From NCBI GenBank assembly GCA_902573115.1, contig CACGIM010000002.1, positions 11,649-75,648 of the forward strand: a stretch of 64,000 bases of DNA, given 5' to 3'. The notes beneath the pieces are model-generated. The model had not been told where the DNA came from, made no database searches, and was given only the letters and a program-made list of their open reading frames with translations. Source of the DNA: an uncultured Candidatus Poseidoniales archaeon (lineage in GTDB: Archaea > Thermoplasmatota > Poseidoniia > Poseidoniales > Thalassarchaeaceae). Positions within the stretch are counted from its first letter, which is position 1, and each line of letters opens with the position of its first letter. Positions 60,883 through 64,000 of the stretch are shown here, in pieces. The translations under genes and the position numbers were made by a program.

Positions 60883-61434
60883 CTACCAAGGGAACTTGTA
60901 AACCCATATTATGAAGTCATTAAGAATACATTGGATTGCGAGCAAAATTGCCCCCATGATCATTAGTCCTGAGCCCTCGACTCCATCCTTGTAGGAACCG
61001 TAAGCTAACATCCCTAGCATCACATTACCCATTGAGGTAAGAAATAAGGTTCCAATTACGAGTAAAAAGGTCCATGTGTAGTCATTCTCAATATGGAAAA
61101 TAGTACTCTCGATCCAAAGGGCGGATGGGATGAGAAATAAAGCATAGGACAAGAGCAATCGTTTTGCTCCTTTGCCGTCAGAAATACCCCATGGCCACCT
61201 CATAGATGAAAGAGTGGTTTCGTCTAATTGGTAGAATACAATGTACCAATACATCAGAAAGCCAAATGCAGCAATGAACATGAATGGGACAATGTATGTT
61301 TGCCATGACAAGGGAACTCCCCCCCATAGAGAGTTTGGATCTTCAACATGGGACAATCCGTATGCATAAGATACGAGGACCAAAGGTCCAAACACGAAAG
61401 TGAACCCAAGTACCAGCCTTCGAGAAATGTCCAT
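60883..61434 (-). CDS. Hypothetical membrane protein
   Basis: About 5 hydrophobic segments; LWGGVP, PSALW. Confidence 0.75.
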   Translation of the reverse strand: MDISRRLVLGFTFVFGPLVLVSYAYGLSHVEDPNSLWGGVPLSWQTYIVPFMFIAAFGFLMYWYIVFYQLDETTLSSMRWPWGISDGKGAKRLLLSYALFLIPSALWIESTIFHIENDYTWTFLLVIGTLFLTSMGNVMLGMLAYGSYKDGVEGSGLMIMGAILLAIQCILNDFIIWVYKFPW

Positions 61435-61492
61435 AATTTTTGGGCGCGGCCTAACATGATAAAATAAAGCCGTGTTCCTTCTCCCCGTTTCA

Positions 61493-62032
61493 ATGGGGGT
61501 TCCGTACGAAGAGCCTGATTTTATGGTAATCTCAAAACATCGTGGTTTCGAGGTCAGGTTTTATTCGGATACAGTTCAAGCTCGAGTAAGAACGACCGGG
61601 CAGGATTGGAAAGGGTCAAGCGGAGGGTTCAGGAGGATTGCAGGATATATTTTCGGGGGGAACAACAGGAATGAGATGATAGCAATGACAGCTCCTGTAC
61701 ACATCTGGGAGGAGGATGATGGAATGATGATGGCATTTACAATGCCATCAGAATATTCGGAAAATAGCCTTCCCCTTCCAAATGATGAGGGTGTTCAGAT
61801 AGAAAGGCAGGAAGGTGGGGGATTCTGTGCTTTGAAATTCTCAGGTCTTTCCGGGCCCAGGAAGTCTAAAAGGCTGATAAGAAGGCTTACTTTAATGATT
61901 GAGGGTGAGGGTTTGAAGATCACAGGACCGGCCCTACTAGCAATATATGACAATCCCAACACAACATTACCATTCTTAAGAAGAAACGAAATTCTCATCC
62001 CAATAGATATTGAGCTACCCAAAGCAAATTAA
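61493..62032 (+). CDS. SOUL heme-binding family protein
   Basis: YEEPDF, FEVRFY, GFRRIAGYIFGGN, IAMTAPV, LRRNEI. Confidence 0.9.
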   Translation: MGVPYEEPDFMVISKHRGFEVRFYSDTVQARVRTTGQDWKGSSGGFRRIAGYIFGGNNRNEMIAMTAPVHIWEEDDGMMMAFTMPSEYSENSLPLPNDEGVQIERQEGGGFCALKFSGLSGPRKSKRLIRRLTLMIEGEGLKITGPALLAIYDNPNTTLPFLRRNEILIPIDIELPKAN

Positions 62033-62053
62033 TCCGGACCCACAGCTGCAATA

Positions 62054-62770
62054 GTGCAGAGGTGCGGAGTGACAGATGTTGCTAGGGCTCTAGATCTTGA
62101 GCAGGTAAGCCTCCTATTAGTCCTTAGAGGGTGTTCAGAACCTGATGTCATTAGGCTTAGAAAAATTGCAGAGGAAAAGGGGATTCCCGTTCGTGATTCA
62201 TCGAAGAATGATATGTGGAGGATGGCTAGAAGGAATAATGGAGCCGAGCCTCCTCCAATTTTGGCACTGGTGGGAAGAGATCCTGATGCTAGTGTAGACG
62301 AAGTCCTTGGCGCTGGTGGTTTGGCTTGGCTTCTTGCAGGAGCCAGATACCCGGTCAACATTGGATTCACTATTCGAACAGCTGAGGTTAGTGGTTCCAA
62401 TGCAGTCTTTGTAGACGGAGACCTTAGCCACGCTCAGAAGAAGTCTGCAAAGAGAGCTTCAATGAAGGCACATAGGTTCATGCCTGTTCATTGGGTACAA
62501 GGTGATGAGTTGGTAAGATTGGCGAAGGCATCGGGTTTCAGAGTGATTGCATTGGAGGATACTGGAAGTTTAGAGCCTTGGGAAGAGGATCTTACAGGGG
62601 ATGTTCTTCTCGTGGTAGGGGGGGAGAAAGACGGTATTTCCGATTCGATTCTTGGTGAATGTGACTCTGTATTGCGTATCCCTATGTCGGGATTCGTTCC
62701 ATCCTACAACCTTCAGGCACCAATGGCTGTTGTCGCTGCAGAAGCATTGAGGCAGAGGAGATACGTCTAG
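62054..62770 (+). CDS. TrmH/SpoU family RNA methyltransferase
   Basis: NIGFTIRTAE, VVGGEKDGIS, IPMSGFVPSYNL. Confidence 0.88.
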   Translation: MQRCGVTDVARALDLEQVSLLLVLRGCSEPDVIRLRKIAEEKGIPVRDSSKNDMWRMARRNNGAEPPPILALVGRDPDASVDEVLGAGGLAWLLAGARYPVNIGFTIRTAEVSGSNAVFVDGDLSHAQKKSAKRASMKAHRFMPVHWVQGDELVRLAKASGFRVIALEDTGSLEPWEEDLTGDVLLVVGGEKDGISDSILGECDSVLRIPMSGFVPSYNLQAPMAVVAAEALRQRRYV

Positions 62771-63912
62771 AAATTTGAGTCTAGTTCCCGACCGATGATC
62801 AAACGTTGAATCTGACTGGTTCCTTCAAAAATCTGGTAAATCTTAGCTCCTCTCATCCTTCTAGCCACAGGGTATTCTTCCGAGTAACCATATCCACCTA
62901 GAATCTGTACAGCATCAGTAGTGACCTCCATACCAATATCTGCAGCGAACCTTTTCGCATGTGCCGCCTTTAGAGTGGCCCTCTCCCCACTATCTATTGC
63001 ACAAGCAGCACTGTAGGCTAGTAGTCTGGCGGCCTCTATTTTTGTTGCCATATCTGCAAGCATGAAAGAAATTGATTGATGTTGAGAGATCGGCTTCCCG
63101 AAAGTCTTCCTCTCCTTCGCGTATTTCCAGGCTTCCTCCATAGCTCCTCGAGCGTTGCCAAGAGCTCCTGCGGCTACCGCTGGTCTTGAGTGATCAAATG
63201 CCTTCATCGCATTCATCCAACCTCCGTTCTCTACACCTCCAACCAAATTGCCTTCGGGGACCCTGACGTCAGTAAACACAACCCCTCTCGTATCGGAACA
63301 TCTCTGTCCCATATTTACTTCCTTTTTTCCAAGCTCTACACCAGGGGTATCTGCGTCAACTATGAATCCACTAAGCCCCCCATAACCTGCTGGCTTATTT
63401 GTGTAGGCTAGTACGAAGAACCAGTCCGCATATCCTGCTCCAGATATCCATGCCTTGCTTCCATTTATTACGTATTCATCTCCATCCTTGACGGCCTCTG
63501 TCTTCAGGGACTGGACGTCGGATCCTGCATCTGGTTCAGTGACACAATATGCGGCTAGCTTGCCTGACACAACTCTCCCGAAATATTCTTTTTTCTGATC
63601 CTCAGTACCTCCGGTGAGGATTGGCAAAGTTGCCAACATGGTATGGTAAGCTGCTGTCCCAAAACCGGGGTCGCCTCTTGAAACCTCTTCGCAGATAATT
63701 ATCTCGTCCAAAGCGGACATGCCCTGCCCACCATATTTCTCTGGTATGGTGACATTTAGGAGTCCTAATTCGTGGGCTTTCTTTATTGTCTCTAGGGGAT
63801 ATGTTCCCTCCCTGTCCCATTCCTCTGCGTAGGGAATTACTTCCTCGTCGCAAAACTCCCTTGCCATGTCACGAATCATTAGCTGCTCTTCACTCAGTGT
63901 AAAATCAACCAT
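62767..63912 (-). CDS. Acyl-CoA dehydrogenase
   Basis: IPEKYGGQG, VTEPDAGSD, NGSKAWIS, RKTFGK, GGYGY, IFEGTSQIQR. Confidence 0.96.
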   Translation of the reverse strand: MVDFTLSEEQLMIRDMAREFCDEEVIPYAEEWDREGTYPLETIKKAHELGLLNVTIPEKYGGQGMSALDEIIICEEVSRGDPGFGTAAYHTMLATLPILTGGTEDQKKEYFGRVVSGKLAAYCVTEPDAGSDVQSLKTEAVKDGDEYVINGSKAWISGAGYADWFFVLAYTNKPAGYGGLSGFIVDADTPGVELGKKEVNMGQRCSDTRGVVFTDVRVPEGNLVGGVENGGWMNAMKAFDHSRPAVAAGALGNARGAMEEAWKYAKERKTFGKPISQHQSISFMLADMATKIEAARLLAYSAACAIDSGERATLKAAHAKRFAADIGMEVTTDAVQILGGYGYSEEYPVARRMRGAKIYQIFEGTSQIQRLIIGRELDSNF

Positions 63913-64000
63913 GGATGAACCAGCAATCAGCAGTATATGAGTGATTTCTGGTCTTACTCTTTTTGCACCAAGTGTAGATTACTCACTAATTTACAATTGA

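Noticed and set aside
1-64000. tRNA/rRNA genes, IS elements, integrases, proviral genes
   Set aside because: Intergenic gaps inspected by eye show no cloverleaf or terminal inverted repeats, and no ORF has recombinase or transposase motifs; tRNAscan/Infernal not run

Overview
Gene-dense archaeal chromosomal segment. TBP, archaeal AroA'/AroB'/AroK, RibL and an HTH-10 regulator occur alongside many bacterial-type catabolic genes and acidic surface proteins, which fits a marine Thermoplasmatota (Marine Group II / Ca. Poseidoniales-like; inference). About 62 CDS: a partial shikimate operon, a MoxR/DUF58 cluster, an HcrCAB-like molybdoenzyme with XdhC/MocA/MoeB, a fused 2-oxoacid dehydrogenase E1, a riboflavin/FAD operon, hppA, ileS, cysS, nadE, tbp, nth and others. 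No tRNA, rRNA, CRISPR array or mobile element was recognised. Main observations: (1) a 1291-aa fusion of a secreted subtilase to an AmpG-like MFS transporter; (2) a 63-bp/21-aa segment (51/63 nt identical) shared in frame between that protein's tail and a loop of an unrelated Na+/solute symporter 26 kb away; (3) a CPYC glutaredoxin with no canonical start and a 50-aa membrane ORF, both missing from the ORF track; (4) mevalonate kinase split at a G8 run; (5) an AT-rich intergenic element with direct repeats; (6) a TBP with a ~50-aa insertion; (7) IleRS with a GIHH signature. All protein calls come from motif recognition by eye, not database searches.
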